Translations under genes and position numbers: made by a program
Shown here: in pieces, positions 22,757-35,470 of the stretch
How the letters are laid out: every line of letters begins with the position of its first letter
Numbering within the stretch: position 1 is the first letter of the stretch
NCBI GenBank assembly: GCA_002104905.1
Contig: MCFE01000306.1
Coordinates: forward strand, 1-64,000
Origin: Basidiobolus meristosporus CBS 931.73
Taxonomy: Eukaryota; Fungi; Basidiobolomycota
DNA length: 64,000 nucleotides
Direction: 5' to 3'
Notes under the pieces: model-generated
Told to the model about the DNA's origin: nothing
The model's database searches: none
What the model saw: the letters and a program-made list of their open reading frames with translations, nothing else

Positions 22757-24539
22757 TCACAGTCGTCGGGTAAAACCAGCTGGATAATCAACTCGAATGT
22801 AGTGGTCATTGATAAGGGCCAGCATATTGCTCGACAGACTTTGTGTAGTGCGTGAGTATCGTGTTACAGAGAGTTTTGTTAGCTTCAGGCAAGTGTTCAT
22901 GAGATTGGTAACAGCAGGATCGGTTACACCTGGCTGATCCGTAATTATCAACTCACGCAAATTGTAGCCGTACTGGGCAATTTGGGCAAGAATACTGTCC
23001 CTCATAGGGAGGTGAGATAAGTTTAGCCGTTCTAGCTGATTACCATGCTGCGATAGAAACGTACTAAAGCTATCACTAAAGTTTGGCCGACTAGACAACT
23101 TAGCAAACCCAAGACATTGAAGCCTATGGCAATTCTCAAAAATGCTCTGCAGCCCTGCTTGAGTCACCTCAGTATCACTGACATCCAGGTGCCGTAACTT
23201 GTATCCATAGCTATGTGCAATGGCATGAATAGAGTCATCCTTGATGTTCGTACTTGCGAGGGACAACTTCTCCAAAGAGGCACAATGTTGCGCAATGGAA
23301 TCACCAATGTGCGGAGGGAGGAATGCACCGACTAGAGTGAGATCCTCCAGATGATGACCAACTCTGGCGAACAGACTATCCCATGACTCATAGGTGAAAA
23401 GGTTCCTGTACGAGATGCAGCTCAGATCGAGTCGTTTAAGCTTAGGCGATAGTGATTCGGCAAGGGACTGAACGATACTGTTGTTCAATCTTACACCTGA
23501 CAATTTTAACTTCTCAAGGCTGTAGAAGGATTTAAACAAGTTTCGAGTAAACCGTTCCGAGTAGATTGGCCAATCATTAAAGAAAATCATCGAAAACTCC
23601 TTTAGTTGACCCGCATAATTGTGTTGGAGATCTCTACAAAATTCATCCAGTAGCTCATCACCCAAGCCGGAAAAAGTACTCAGACTAAGCACGGTAATCT
23701 CTGGGCAGTACTTGGCAAGCGTTCTCACGATACACCTAGGGGTATAACGAGAGTCAACACCAAATTTCTTCAGCTTGGGGAATCTCGCCAACAGTATCTC
23801 CAATATAGCCATATCGAATTCTATCCCGAAGGTAAAGAAGGCAGACTTGATGTTTGGAAGGGTGGGGATCGACTCCAGGACCGATAAATCCATCTGAAGG
23901 TCTTCCTGTTGGGGAGCCTTGAATACGACTCCTACCTTGGCCAGATGCTTCAATGAGCTCAAAACCGACGTTAGTCTGGATAGGCCATCTGTACTGAGTT
24001 CGATGCTGAGCTCGTTGACTTCCTCAAGCTGCCCCATGTAATCAAGGCAGTCCAAGGAGATCTCAGAGTTCCCTGGATACAGAGGAAGATGAAGTGCCCG
24101 CAGGTTCAGAAGAGACGAAAGCAGTGTTGACACACTGGCAAGGGTTTCTGGCCTGTATTCAGATAATTCCAGCCTAAATACAAGGTTGGAGACTATAAGA
24201 GATTAAGTGTTGGTACGTGATCCATTCGAAATCAGAGATTCGGGTCTTACGTGGTGGACTCTCGTCAACGATCCTTTTGAATGACATCAAGTGTTTGTGG
24301 GAGGCAAAATACGGAGAGTGCCATAGGTATGGCATGACTAGAAAGTACCATGACCTGTCAACCAGACAGCAAGAGTGAAGTTGATGAGTATCGTGCTGCA
24401 GGTACGAAAACACTTGGGACCAGATCTCCGGGGAGAACTTCAATGGTTGCAAGGAAGCATCCAGCATCATTAGAGATTGAAGAGAAGGAGCAATATAATA
24501 CGGTGAACGGAGTGGAGGCCCAGGCATTTTATACTCCAC
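22757..24539 (-). CDS. F-box / leucine-rich-repeat protein (2 exons)
   Basis: F-box FSPEIWSQVFSYL...LHSCCLVDRSWY...LW. A GTACC...TTTAG intron near 24175-24216 joins it to a 458-aa ORF rich in RNI-like LRRs (CPEITVLSLS, LEKLSLASTNIKD, LRHLDVSDTEVT). Confidence 0.85.
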
Positions 24540-26279
24540 GACGGCTGATCACTGTGCACAGAAACCTGGCTGCTCGCACCGTATCTGAGAAATGGAGATT
24601 GCTTGGTGAAATTAGAGTGGGACCGATTTGAAATAGCAAACAACCCTGTAGGTGATCCAAATCAGATCGCTTATCACCATATCATGAAACATTTGGAAAT
24701 GAAATGGCATTGAGCAGTAGAGAAATGATGAAGCAGTCATGAGGCAGTCTCATTTTGACTAATTCCATAAAAATAGGAATGTAATGTTTGGATAAAGGAG
24801 CAGTTCAGGTTGGTGAACTGATTTTCCCATCTAATCGATGACAATGTATAAGTATACGGATACCAAGGCATCCTTCAACTAATCATGGCCCTGCTGTCAC
24901 GTTACCATGATCATAGATAGTCCCAATGATTTACTCCGATATGGAAATTGACATGATCAAACTTCTTGGGATTCTCTTGGATACGGCCAACGAGTGTGGC
25001 AATGTAAGAGCTCTAGGGCCCGCAATGCATCAGTGAAGGGACTGCCAAGGGTTGCGTGCATTCCACCAGGCAACGCGATACCCGCGGCAGAGAGGCGACT
25101 ACCTATGGGCACAAACTACGCTTGGTGCCCTGTTTCTCGCTTGCCGAAGCCGCACCTGGTGAATGAAGTATCGTCCACCATCAAACTTGTCACCAAGTCA
25201 CAGCTGCACCATAGACGGTGGCACAAATACTAACTTGGACCAACTCTAAAGGAAGGCCCGCCTTATCCGATATATCATGGTGACCGGATTACCCCAAGTT
25301 AACCGGTGATATCAATAAGACGCATCCCACTCACGAGATCTAGTCCTGGCATCCATGATTGGCCTGAAACTCGCTAGTTAATTTTCAGCTCGCTCAGGTG
25401 ATGAGTGCCCCTGGTTTTCTCCTTATTCCTTGGAACTCCTGCTGTTCTGCGCAATCCCATTGATAAAAATGAAACCATCAAGTGCATCGATAACCAACTG
25501 GTCGCCAACAACAGGCTGATCTAGATATGCAATGCTGATATGCAGCCAAAGCCAAAGGCCCTATCGACGTATCTCTGGCATGTCCAATCTGAACCGCATC
25601 CCCCCAAATTGCTCGTCTAGGCAGGTATGAGTTGTAAAGCGGGGTCAGAGCATATCCATAGTTGTCATCCTTTCGTCGGTATGGTCTTACTCAGTCGACA
25701 GAAACCATACATCCATTGGCAGCACGGAAAGAGCGGCAACAAGCACCGTACCCATGATTGTTAACTAGAGTAGCACCGGGCCAAGTAACTCTCCTCATAA
25801 GCTTACATCAATCTTCACATGAGTCAACCGCTTATCGTGAATCAAACTTCGTCAAGTCACATTCCATGCTTATGTAATATCCGGTCATATCAGATGGTCA
25901 GGTTCCAACCATCTGGAGGATGTGGTCAAGAAGTGAAGGAATTACATTCACATGTTTGCGGATTCGCGGGGAGCCGATATCTTGAAGACCGTGACACGGA
26001 TAAATCACCACGCGAAATCCACAGGAATTGGCTGCCATGACAACTCGTGACTGTGGTTGCCATCAATATGATTATTGTACGGGCCTCCGTCATGGGTTCA
26101 TCTCCTCGATTCCCATGGAGTTTAAGCCGGATATCAATGAAATCTCCTGAACGACTATTCAACTATTGACACACAACATCGACGACCCAACTCCTCGTAA
26201 CAAGCCACCTGCAATATCACCTCCCTAGCTTGCGAACCGGACGAGATCTGGAGATTTTGGTCATGTGACTCGGATTGGT

Positions 26280-27360
26280 TGATAGGGTTGGCATTGGCAG
26301 TCAGCTTTCGGGAAAACTGCCAACTGGAGGCACCTAGGGGCAGATGCACATTTCTATATTTGAGAACATATCACGTAACATCCACCTCCGAATATTGCAA
26401 CGATGGAGTCTGGTACTACTCCTGGCTGCAGTATATCATTATTCCTGGATCTGGTGCAACTACGCCATGGGGCGGTCATTTTCTCGGTTTCGCAGATGCT
26501 ATCATCCAACCCCTGGCCTCTTTTCGGGAATCGGATTGCATGATGGGATAGGTGAGGCGGTGGATACGAGCTGACCAGTTCTCACTCTGCACTGCAGAGC
26601 GCCCAATAACTTGGCCGGTTGGCATTTGTACCCTCAGATGTAGCACCGGAATGGAACCATCCATTGTGGCCTTAGTGTCCGGAAACGGGAAATCCACTCT
26701 TGCTAGGATGACATAGGTTGGATGCGAAGTGTGGATTGTCGTACCGATTTTCATGGATCTTGGAGATATTCCAAGGCAGGGAGAACCAAGAGTTGTCCAA
26801 ACCTGGCAAATATATCCTTAGAGGTTGAGCAGGCGTATATCTGAAGCAAAGCGAGGGATCAGGTCTTACCGATAGGGACATCGATTGCCTACGGCCTTTT
26901 TGTCGGCTCTTCTGGGCCATACACTTGGCTATACTTGCAACCCCTCTACGTGTTATTCAGATTGGTGGGATGCGCTGGACATGTCGCCTTGCGGTGATCC
27001 ATCCAGGATCAAGTGGAAACCCAGGTTATTTGGCGGGGTGATGTATTGTGCATGACGCTTTCCGAGAATGAATTTCTCAGTTGAACGGAAATCTCAGTAC
27101 GATGGTCACTTAAATAACCAATGCAAGGTCAAGTGGCGGAGCTTTCCAGCACTGACACAAGAAGCTCAGGGCGTACTAACAGCACTAAACGCCCTCATCG
27201 ATCTCTACCCTTATTCTTCAGCTTCCTCTCCTTGCGCCCCGAATCTCAGAAGGGAGGGATGGAAAGTGGATTGGATGTATGATTATCAGGCTGCTAGGCA
27301 TATCGAGAAGCGGAAATATGAGATGAATATCATTGCTTTATGGGCTGGGTGGAGATAACA
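26280..27360 (+). pseudogene. Possible heavily decayed ABC-B-type transporter relic
   Basis: Collinear degenerate motifs: IVALVSGNGKSTLARM (26663-26710, Walker A-like), then after a frameshift TSIAYG (~26878-26895), ETQVIWRG (27016-27039, cf. DTLVGERG), AELSSTDT (~27136, cf. DEATSALD). Many stops. Confidence 0.3.
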
Positions 27361-27749
27361 GTACTCTTGGCCGTCTTGAATTGCACATGTAATTTGAATT
27401 CCGTTGCAGAGAATCACATTTATCTTGATTCCATACTAAACTTGGTGAAATCTTTCACGATTGCGGAAATACCGCGGGCATAGGAAAGCCACTTGGAGCT
27501 TGGCACGCATCTCCCCACAATCAATCATCTACACAGCCTTTGATGCTCCATCGGAAATTTAGATCTCATATTTCCACCAAGTGTGGCTCATAATGAGTTG
27601 AAAATCTATTACTTCATCGTTAATTCTCGAGGTGGTAGCATACATTCCCCAATGCAGAGCCACATGATTCACCAACTCCATTGCTGGTTTTCCCATTTGA
27701 AATTGTAGTTGACCATATTCTTCTCGTATCTTGTCCATGAAAGTCTCCC

Positions 27750-29000
27750 TTACACGCGGAAACTATCTAAATCATATCTTTCTGTTGTGATCTTTTACTA
27801 TGGTGCTAAATTATTGATTGACAACGCCCCTGAAGTTGGTTTACCAGTGGAATGTGAATCACTGGCTATTTACACCAGATTCTGAGCAGTATGGACTGTG
27901 ATTTGATTAGTACAAGGTGTTGGAATGTTGTTTGCCAAACTTGCAGTCATTGATTATAAAAACATTGCTGTTTATTGTAAATCTTATGTTTGTCCACAAC
28001 ACTGACTTTTCCACAAACTTTAGCATCTCTAACCTAACTGTTGCCTGAAGTTTACCCTACATATGTGCAAGTAGCCATAATATGGTACTGCTGAGAGCAG
28101 TTAGAAGACCCAAAGATTGACAGACCTATCATCAAAGCCTTTGTTAATATCAAAATCTCAAATACCCTCAACATTGAGCCCCAAGAAAAATCAATAAAGG
28201 TCAGCACAACACCATTGCAATATCAACAGATTTCCAAGTTTCTCTAAACTAACATCTCTCTACATCTCAGGCTCTAGCTGTTTGGCAGACAAGACAATCT
28301 ATTTTCAGGGGGGAGGGTAGGCTAAATAATATTCACACCATATTTGGTATCAGCTATCCAATACTTACACCAGAAATTGTAACTGAAAATTTGAAGGAAA
28401 ATCAATAGTTGAATACTAGCAAAATATCTGATGAGTTTAAGTTTGATATCTTTCACAGAGGTTGCCAGTATTTATTGCAAACACTACTGAAATAGGTGCT
28501 GGGCCTTACTCTGCTTGCAGAAGGCCAGGACATATGGAAACTGCTTAGCCAAATATTGTGAAAACAACAGGGCTCTTGCCAAGATGATGAAAGAAGTATG
28601 CTAAGCCAGAGAAACTTATTGAATAGTAGATTTTAATGAAGCAAATTGCTGAGTGTGGTGCAGGGGTCAATATTTGTATGGTGTATAGGGGCTTTTATGG
28701 ATCAGTATAGTTTGAGTTCTATTGGATGTTTCAACAGAAATAAATAAAAGCACAGTATGCATCAAAGTCAAAGCCCCAGTGGAGCCAGTAAGTAAAGAAT
28801 GTGAAGAGGCAATAGCCAATTGGTGTACACAAATGTAGTGGATTGAGTTTTTGGGATCAGGAAGTGAGAGAAAGGCAGTTAACCAATCAAATGCAACTTA
28901 GAAACCATTGAAGTGAATATTTTTGACAAAGTTGTTTGGAAATTCAGAGTGCATTCTTTCCAACAGTTTTTTTTGGTGCCCTAGTTGCATCAATACCACT
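27750..29000 (+). mobile_element. CpG-depleted TE relic, homologous to 50335-50600 (minus)
   Basis: 28500-28730 aligns by eye with the reverse complement of ~50340-50560 (e.g. TTTTAATG(A/G)AG..A.TTG.TGAGTGTGG.GC.GGG..AAT.TT.GTAT). Confidence 0.6.
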
Positions 29001-29059
29001 AGGTTGTGGAATTTTAGTTTTATGATGGCCTTTGGCTGGGATCATTACAGTTATTTCTC

Positions 29060-29170
29060 ATAGGATATGTTTTAGGCTACTGCAATGAGGGCAATCCCTA
29101 TAAGCTTTACAACACCAAAGAATAGAAGCTGATAAATCTGGTAGATGCCTTATTTGATAAGATTTTGAAA
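29060..29170 (+). mobile_element. Ty1/copia integrase C-terminal fragment
   Basis: Translates FLGYCNEGNPYKLYNTKE*KLINLVDALFDK, cf. the copia consensus FLGY....GYRLYD....I..SRDV.FDE. Confidence 0.5.
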
Positions 29171-29189
29171 TTCTCACAAAAGATGATAT

Positions 29190-29535
29190 TGTTGCAAGAG
29201 TTTTGGAGATATTGGCAGTGATTGGGAGAACAAGTAGATTATGTGGTCTTCAACTAATGATTTATTGAATGTAAAGCAGTATTATACTTTTACATAATCT
29301 TGGCATAGCAAACATATAGAACATGATTAGGAAGGTCCCAAGAGCATGTATGCATAGTTTGTGATTATTTGGATAACTTTGAGAATTTTCATGCCCTAGG
29401 TACCTGATGTTTTGGTAAAAATACTCCAAGTAAATCCCAACAAGGAATTTGGTCAGTCACTTCAATTATTACCTACCAATCTTAGAAAATACAAAGTCAG
29501 GTGAATATTTTGATGGAATTACGAGTTTTACAATG
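29190..29535 (-). mobile_element. Solo Ty1/copia LTR with 5-bp target-site duplication GATAT
   Basis: The reverse complement matches the LTRs at 45487-45818 and 46305-46653 end to end. GATAT at 29185-29189 and 29536-29540. Confidence 0.75.
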
Positions 29536-29699
29536 GATATTAGATGATGATAGAAATCCAATCTCAAGTCCACCAAACTATTAAAGATAAGTTTACAAAA
29601 CTATCAGTTAAAGACAAGCCTAAATATCTTGGATTACATTCAGGTATAGTTATATAACTATTTGTTTAGTGGGAGCGTTATGTACTTGGAGCTAAGCCT

Positions 29700-29870
29700 A
29701 AGCTTTTACCTAGCAAAGTCACTTAGATTGTAGTCTACAAATCTCAGAGCTTTTTGTTCAAATCCCTTGCTGGGACTTATTTGGAATATTGTTACCAAAA
29801 TATCATGTACCTAGGACATGAGAATCCTTTAAGCTGTCCAAAGACTTTGCACATATGTTCCTGCGGGAGG
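29700..29870 (+). mobile_element. Partial copia LTR (same family, opposite orientation to the neighbouring solo LTR)
   Basis: AGTCACTTAGAT...AAATCCCTTG.TGGGA...ACC.AGGACATGAGAAT...GTCCAAAGACTTTGCACATATGTTC matches the LTR 5' half. Confidence 0.6.
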
Positions 29871-32800
29871 TCTAGCGATTGCTAAAATTTATTTGGGTCT
29901 GGGGCCTTTATCCACCTCAAACAAATTGCGTGTTAATCAAATCCAACCTGTTGCAATTATATATCCTTATTTCGAATCAACGCCAAGTCATGGAATATTC
30001 AGCGTGATAGGTCAATTTAATGTGATGAAACCAGAAACACCTAGCAAAATGCTAAACCATGAATGTTCAAGAATGGAGTCAACCGGGATCCGGGGATTTC
30101 TCGGCAATAAGTGAAATTAATCACCGATTAATCACAAGTAGATACACATAGAAATTGATGGGTGATGGAGAAAATCAGGTGATCGAGTAACCTCGTGTTA
30201 TCGCGAGGGAATAACAGTAACAAGTGTCACCAAGGAGGGATAACAATCCTAGACTGCTTTTATCAACGCTAACTAATTGAAAACCTTAATTCGAACTCGG
30301 GTTAATCTCAACGCCATATTTGATTCTCAAGAACCAAGCTATCAATCAATCCATTTTTGGCAGAGCGAACAGTGTGTCCAGCAGCCTAGAGTAGCAACTC
30401 CAATAATTGCTATGTTACACAAATCCTCAATCGTAATTGTCTGTAGGCTGATAAGAACTTCCTTGCATGATCTCAATGCACTGTACTTCCGGTCGTTGGA
30501 ACTCGAAAAGAGTTGGAAATAGAAATGTTCGGAATATTCGAGGAGTGTATGATTGGCTTTTCGGCACATTGAGCTTAGATTCCCAAGACACAAGGGAATA
30601 GTGTTTGATTATATTGGAAAATGAATGGATGCGTATCTGGTAACTCTGTCAGAAATTTTCCACCTGCGTGCATCAGCAATTTGGAAGAGCTAACATTCCA
30701 TGAGCAAGCTTGGCCTCTCGATTTATTTGTGTCTGTACCAAACCAAACGTTTTATATCGTCTGCATGGACATGCATACCAACAGTGTTCTAAAGGATCGG
30801 TTCGTTGACTTTGAACAGCCAAAGTGAGATCAAAAGATAACCACTCCAACAGATCCCAGATTGTACCTGTGGGCATTTTAGAGTGATGAAACGCTTTGAG
30901 ATTATTCCACTCTGCCCAGCCGGTGGTAGGGTGCCGGCTGTCGGATGGCATGAGTTAATTGTGTAGAGATATTCCACATGTTTGGCCATTGTTCCAAGGA
31001 AATAATCCATAGTTTCTCATCCGAGGGTTAGATGTACATTGATCCACACAAGGCATTTGGGAGAAAAATCCACTCATTGGCTCAGATGGTATGTTCATTG
31101 TGCCTGTTCAGAGGTTTCAAAGTTGTGCACACCCTCGGGATGGTCAATTGTACATAGGAATGGGCAGTGGAGGTATGTATTATGGATTGTGCGCTTGCAA
31201 TTCAATAATAGACACAGCAAAGCATGGTAATCGTGATGTTTTGTTCTCCCGCATTGGAAGTTTTGATTAGCCGAGTGCCATCTCTGGCACACTTCGGGAT
31301 CAGTGCATGTACCTAACTCGGGTTACTATCTGCCGCAACAGCAGACCAACCGGTCAGTTATTGTGCAGGACCCAAACAATATGATTTAATTGGAAAGATA
31401 GACGCCAGGCTTATGACTTCTCTTACAGTGTCAGTGAATACGTTGCATGGCTCTAGATTGCACTCCAGACTGCGGCATTTTTACCGTTGTTGTAGGTAGA
31501 AGAAACTACCGGTAAGATTCATAATAGGAAAGAAGCCGTGGCTTTTAGGCAAGGGCTTGCACATCTGTAACTCAATGGCACCATTTGGGAAACCACCAGA
31601 ACAAATTTGCTAAAATGGAAATTCGTATCGAGTATTTTATGACTATTTCCTCCATTTATATCCACCCATCAACAACGTAACCCAAAGCCACCTACAGTTA
31701 CTCAAATGTTACAGAGAATATGGGGTTGATGGACCCAATGGTAGTATCTGCACCATGGAATTTGATGTAAAACCTGTGCGCCATATGTAATCGCTTGGCC
31801 AGAAGGGCTATTATTGTTGAATTGATGTTCCCACACACAGCCAACTCCTGGGTTACTGGATGAGATGACGAGTGTATTCCCACGGATTTGTCAATTTTTG
31901 TTTTGACGCTTTCATTATTTGGCACCTGTTGGTATATGTAGATAGAATACTGTTGCATGTGAGCCGGCGCTCCTGCTCAGCTCGACTGTTCTTTCATGAA
32001 AGAAAAAAATCCCGTCCTATACGATGCCGTATGTCTGCTGTTGCTACAACCACGCCGTTTTGTTGGAGATCAAGGGTGGAATACGGAAATGCATCCTAAA
32101 TGAAGTGTCATCTTAGAATGGATTTTGAGATTGTGGGGGAGCGGTGGGAAACGATATGCGTAATTCTTATGCACCCACCATTTCTTAACAGGATTGGGCC
32201 CAAACTGGAGTTCGAAACGTAACTGCCTCAAAGAGGCATGTTTATTGAAACGTTACGCTAATAGATTGCAGTTTCAATCGAGTGTGTAAATGAAGTAAAA
32301 GTGAGTACACATGCAACGAATACTGATCCATCAAGCGAAGGTCCCTTGGCCAACCGCTCTCCTTCTTATGAGACCTCTGAAACCTCAACTAATCTGGCCA
32401 AATACCGCGGCTAGCCAAGGTACCTTCTTGCCATATTTGATAACGACACAGCTGCTGCCCAATGTTGGGGTATACGGCACTGAGCTCACCCACCTTTCTG
32501 CACGCAAACACTTCATCCATCAATGGCGTGAGGTCATCCAGATTGGTATGAAGCCTGTTGTGACCCACAGTGATCGGTTCTTGATCAGACAAGTTGTGTC
32601 AACCACAAGGCCGACCAAGTTCTACATGTATTCAATTTATTGATGATTTCCAGGAATCGTTATGTCATGAGAAAATGATCTCGTCTAATGTATGGGCCCG
32701 ATTAGGCAATCATTCATACCCTATTGTAGAATATAATATATAGAACACATGACCAACTCACCACCATTTGGATGCCACATATTTGGCAGCCGGCAAGCAG

Positions 32801-33615
32801 CCCGAACAACCTCAAAGTTCTATGCGTACCCTCGGCAATAGGGGGTTTGGTTCATGGCACATATGGTAGAGAGCCCAGCGTACCTCTTCACGCTCGCTTG
32901 ATTCCATGACCTCTGGCTCACCTGGTCTACACATCGTAGTGCCAGAGCGTGGGACTTTGAGAGCAAATAAACCACCATGATGAGGATACCATACACAAGG
33001 AGAATGTTTTCCTCGTCCATGTACCCGATCTGCCACTATATTGAAGCCTTGATAGGTGGGACTTACCAGCCTCTACCAATATTCTCATCATTGTCGCATC
33101 GCCACCATGAAATGCGATATTAATTCCATCCACCGTAAATACTCGTGTCAGCTTCTATTCCAAACTAGTGCCACTCTATAGCTCCTAAGCAACTTAGCTT
33201 AATCACCTCAACCTCATACATTGTCCTACCATCCACAACACAAGGCTCCTTATTTGGCTGTATGCTCTTGAGGCTGTGCTCATTTTTGTAAGTATCCTTT
33301 AGATTAGCTTTTTCGAATTGTGACAACACTGTAAGCTAAAAACCTTTAGAGTTCTACATTATACCCGGTTTGGAAAAATCCACTTAGACTGGCCAATTAT
33401 GGATGCCGTCTATTCAATTGGCCATTGTCCAACCCGAACTCAGATAGCTCGAAGATTCAGAGAGCTAATGGTGTTTGAGATCATGTGAGGGTGCATCTTA
33501 AACACAATTCCAACAGACCGCAAATATAAAAACTCGGCGCGTGTCGTTGAAAAAGCACCAGTTGCTTCATTCACCTTATTTAATATCCAGCAGCCTCAGG
33601 CACCCAGGAAGTACC

Positions 33616-34995
33616 ATGCACGCCAATTTCTCTGAACCTCAGGCTCCTCCTCCCCGCGAAGTCAAACCCACCAAGAACCCCTTGGTTCTTGCATGGCGCT
33701 TTATTCGAAGGATCAACCTCACCATCTGGATCATCATTGCCATGGTGATTGGCATTCTTCTGGGCTGGCTGCAGCCCGGATTTGCCAAGGAGCTGAAGCC
33801 CATCTCCAACATCTTCTTATATATGATCAAGTGCTTGATTGTCCCACTCATCTTCTCGACATTAGCGGTGGGTATCGCCGGCCATGGCGACGATATGAAG
33901 CAAATTGGCCGGCTGGCAATCAAGTCCTTGATCTACTTCGAGGTCGTCACAACCCTGGCCTTGATTGTTGGTTTAATCATGGTGAACTTGTTGAAGCCAG
34001 GAGCGGGGGTTGCTCTCCCAGCCGAAACCAACGACTCCGCTACCAAGGACCTTGCCAACCACACTATTAGCTGGCAGAGTGAGCTGGAGCACATCATCCC
34101 CCAGAGTTTCTTCGAGGCCGCCGTCAAGAATGAAGTACTACAGATCGTCTTCTGCTCGATCATGTTTGCCGTCGCAATGATGAAAACAGCCGGTCGATCC
34201 AAGGAGGTCATGATCGACTGGTTGCAGAGCTTGTCCGATATCATGTTCAAGGTGACCGAATTGGTCATGAACTTTGCCCCAGTCGGTATTGGATGCTCCA
34301 TTGCCTATACTATCGGTCAAAGTGGTATCGGAGTTCTGGTTGATCTTGGCAAGTTGATGGGAACTCTCTATCTCTCTTTGGTCATCTTCATGTTGTTAGT
34401 GTTTCTTCCCATCATCCTGATTCTTCGTGTGCCCATCAAAGGTCTACTCAAAGCGATTGCCCAACCCGCATTGATTGCATTCTCCACCTCCTCTTCCGAG
34501 GCAGCACTTCCCAGAGCCATGAAGAATATGGAGGCATACGGTGTCCCTCACAAGATCATCGCCTTTGTCATGCCCACCGGCTACTCCTTCAATCTTGATG
34601 GAACCACTCTATATCTAGCCATTGCCTCTGTGTTTGCAGCACAGGTTGGCGGGATCAACATGCCATTTGGGACTCAGATTGTGATGATGCTTACCTTGAT
34701 GCTTACAAGCAAGGGAGTTGCTGCAGTGCCTCGTGCCTCGTTAGTGATCCTTTCAGGTGCAGTGAGGAGCTTCAACTTGCCGGAATCATCCATTGCCCTT
34801 ATTCTCGGGATTGACGCCCTCATGGATATGGGACGCACCACCGTGAACCTGATCGGCAATTGTATCGCGACTGTGGTCGTGGCGAAATGGGAAAAGGAGT
34901 TCAGAACTCATCAGTCACACGAACGGGAGACCACCGATGCCCAGTCCATCGAGCTAGGCGAAGGTGAGAAGGCCGAGAAAACTGTGAGCCACTAG
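33616..34995 (+). CDS. Dicarboxylate/amino acid:cation symporter (DAACS, GltP/DctA-like), intronless
   Basis: Motifs IKCLIVPLIFSTL, IYFEVVTTLAL, AFSTSSSEAALP, MPTGYSFNLDGT, LTSKGVAAVPRA, IDALMDMGRTTVNLIGN. First ATG at 33616 (ORF track starts at an upstream GTG). Confidence 0.93.
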   Translation: MHANFSEPQAPPPREVKPTKNPLVLAWRFIRRINLTIWIIIAMVIGILLGWLQPGFAKELKPISNIFLYMIKCLIVPLIFSTLAVGIAGHGDDMKQIGRLAIKSLIYFEVVTTLALIVGLIMVNLLKPGAGVALPAETNDSATKDLANHTISWQSELEHIIPQSFFEAAVKNEVLQIVFCSIMFAVAMMKTAGRSKEVMIDWLQSLSDIMFKVTELVMNFAPVGIGCSIAYTIGQSGIGVLVDLGKLMGTLYLSLVIFMLLVFLPIILILRVPIKGLLKAIAQPALIAFSTSSSEAALPRAMKNMEAYGVPHKIIAFVMPTGYSFNLDGTTLYLAIASVFAAQVGGINMPFGTQIVMMLTLMLTSKGVAAVPRASLVILSGAVRSFNLPESSIALILGIDALMDMGRTTVNLIGNCIATVVVAKWEKEFRTHQSHERETTDAQSIELGEGEKAEKTVSH

Positions 34996-35430
34996 CACTA
35001 GAACACTGAGATTCCATGCCTTGCCTCCCGCCCGAGCATACACACCTAATGTACCATTATCCCCAACATCAACACCTAGCAATCATTCATATCCATGCCC
35101 TTTCCGTACTTGTTGATTTATTTTTGGAGTAGCCTCCTGTTATTGATCGATTGATTGAATGTTCATAATACCACACACCAACAGCAATAAACCCCCTAAA
35201 TCCACATGTCCGATGCCGTTATCTTTCGAATCATTATTGCCGGCGGCACCATCATGCGACAACTTCGACAATGGCATGATGTCATGTTGGATGCCATATA
35301 ATAGGCCTCCCAAGGCTCGAATAAGGAATGTTTGGTTGGTTTCGGAGAGTCATCGGGCTAGTCATTGCACAGTTGAGGCCGTCGACTAGCATGTGAAGAT
35401 ACAAGACGGGGGCCGGTTTCACGAGGGGAA

Positions 35431-35470
35431 GATGCTGGTGATGCTGGTGATGCTGGTGATACTGGTGATG
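35431..35470. repeat. 9-bp microsatellite (GATGCTGGT)x~4
   Basis: GATGCTGGTGATGCTGGTGATGCTGGTGATACTGGTGATG. Confidence 0.7.

Noticed and set aside
25440-25530. Minus-strand peptide GDQLVIDALDGFIFIN resembling a PEP-utiliser mobile domain
   Set aside because: Single short motif with no supporting upstream motifs. The region is more plausibly a plus-strand relic.
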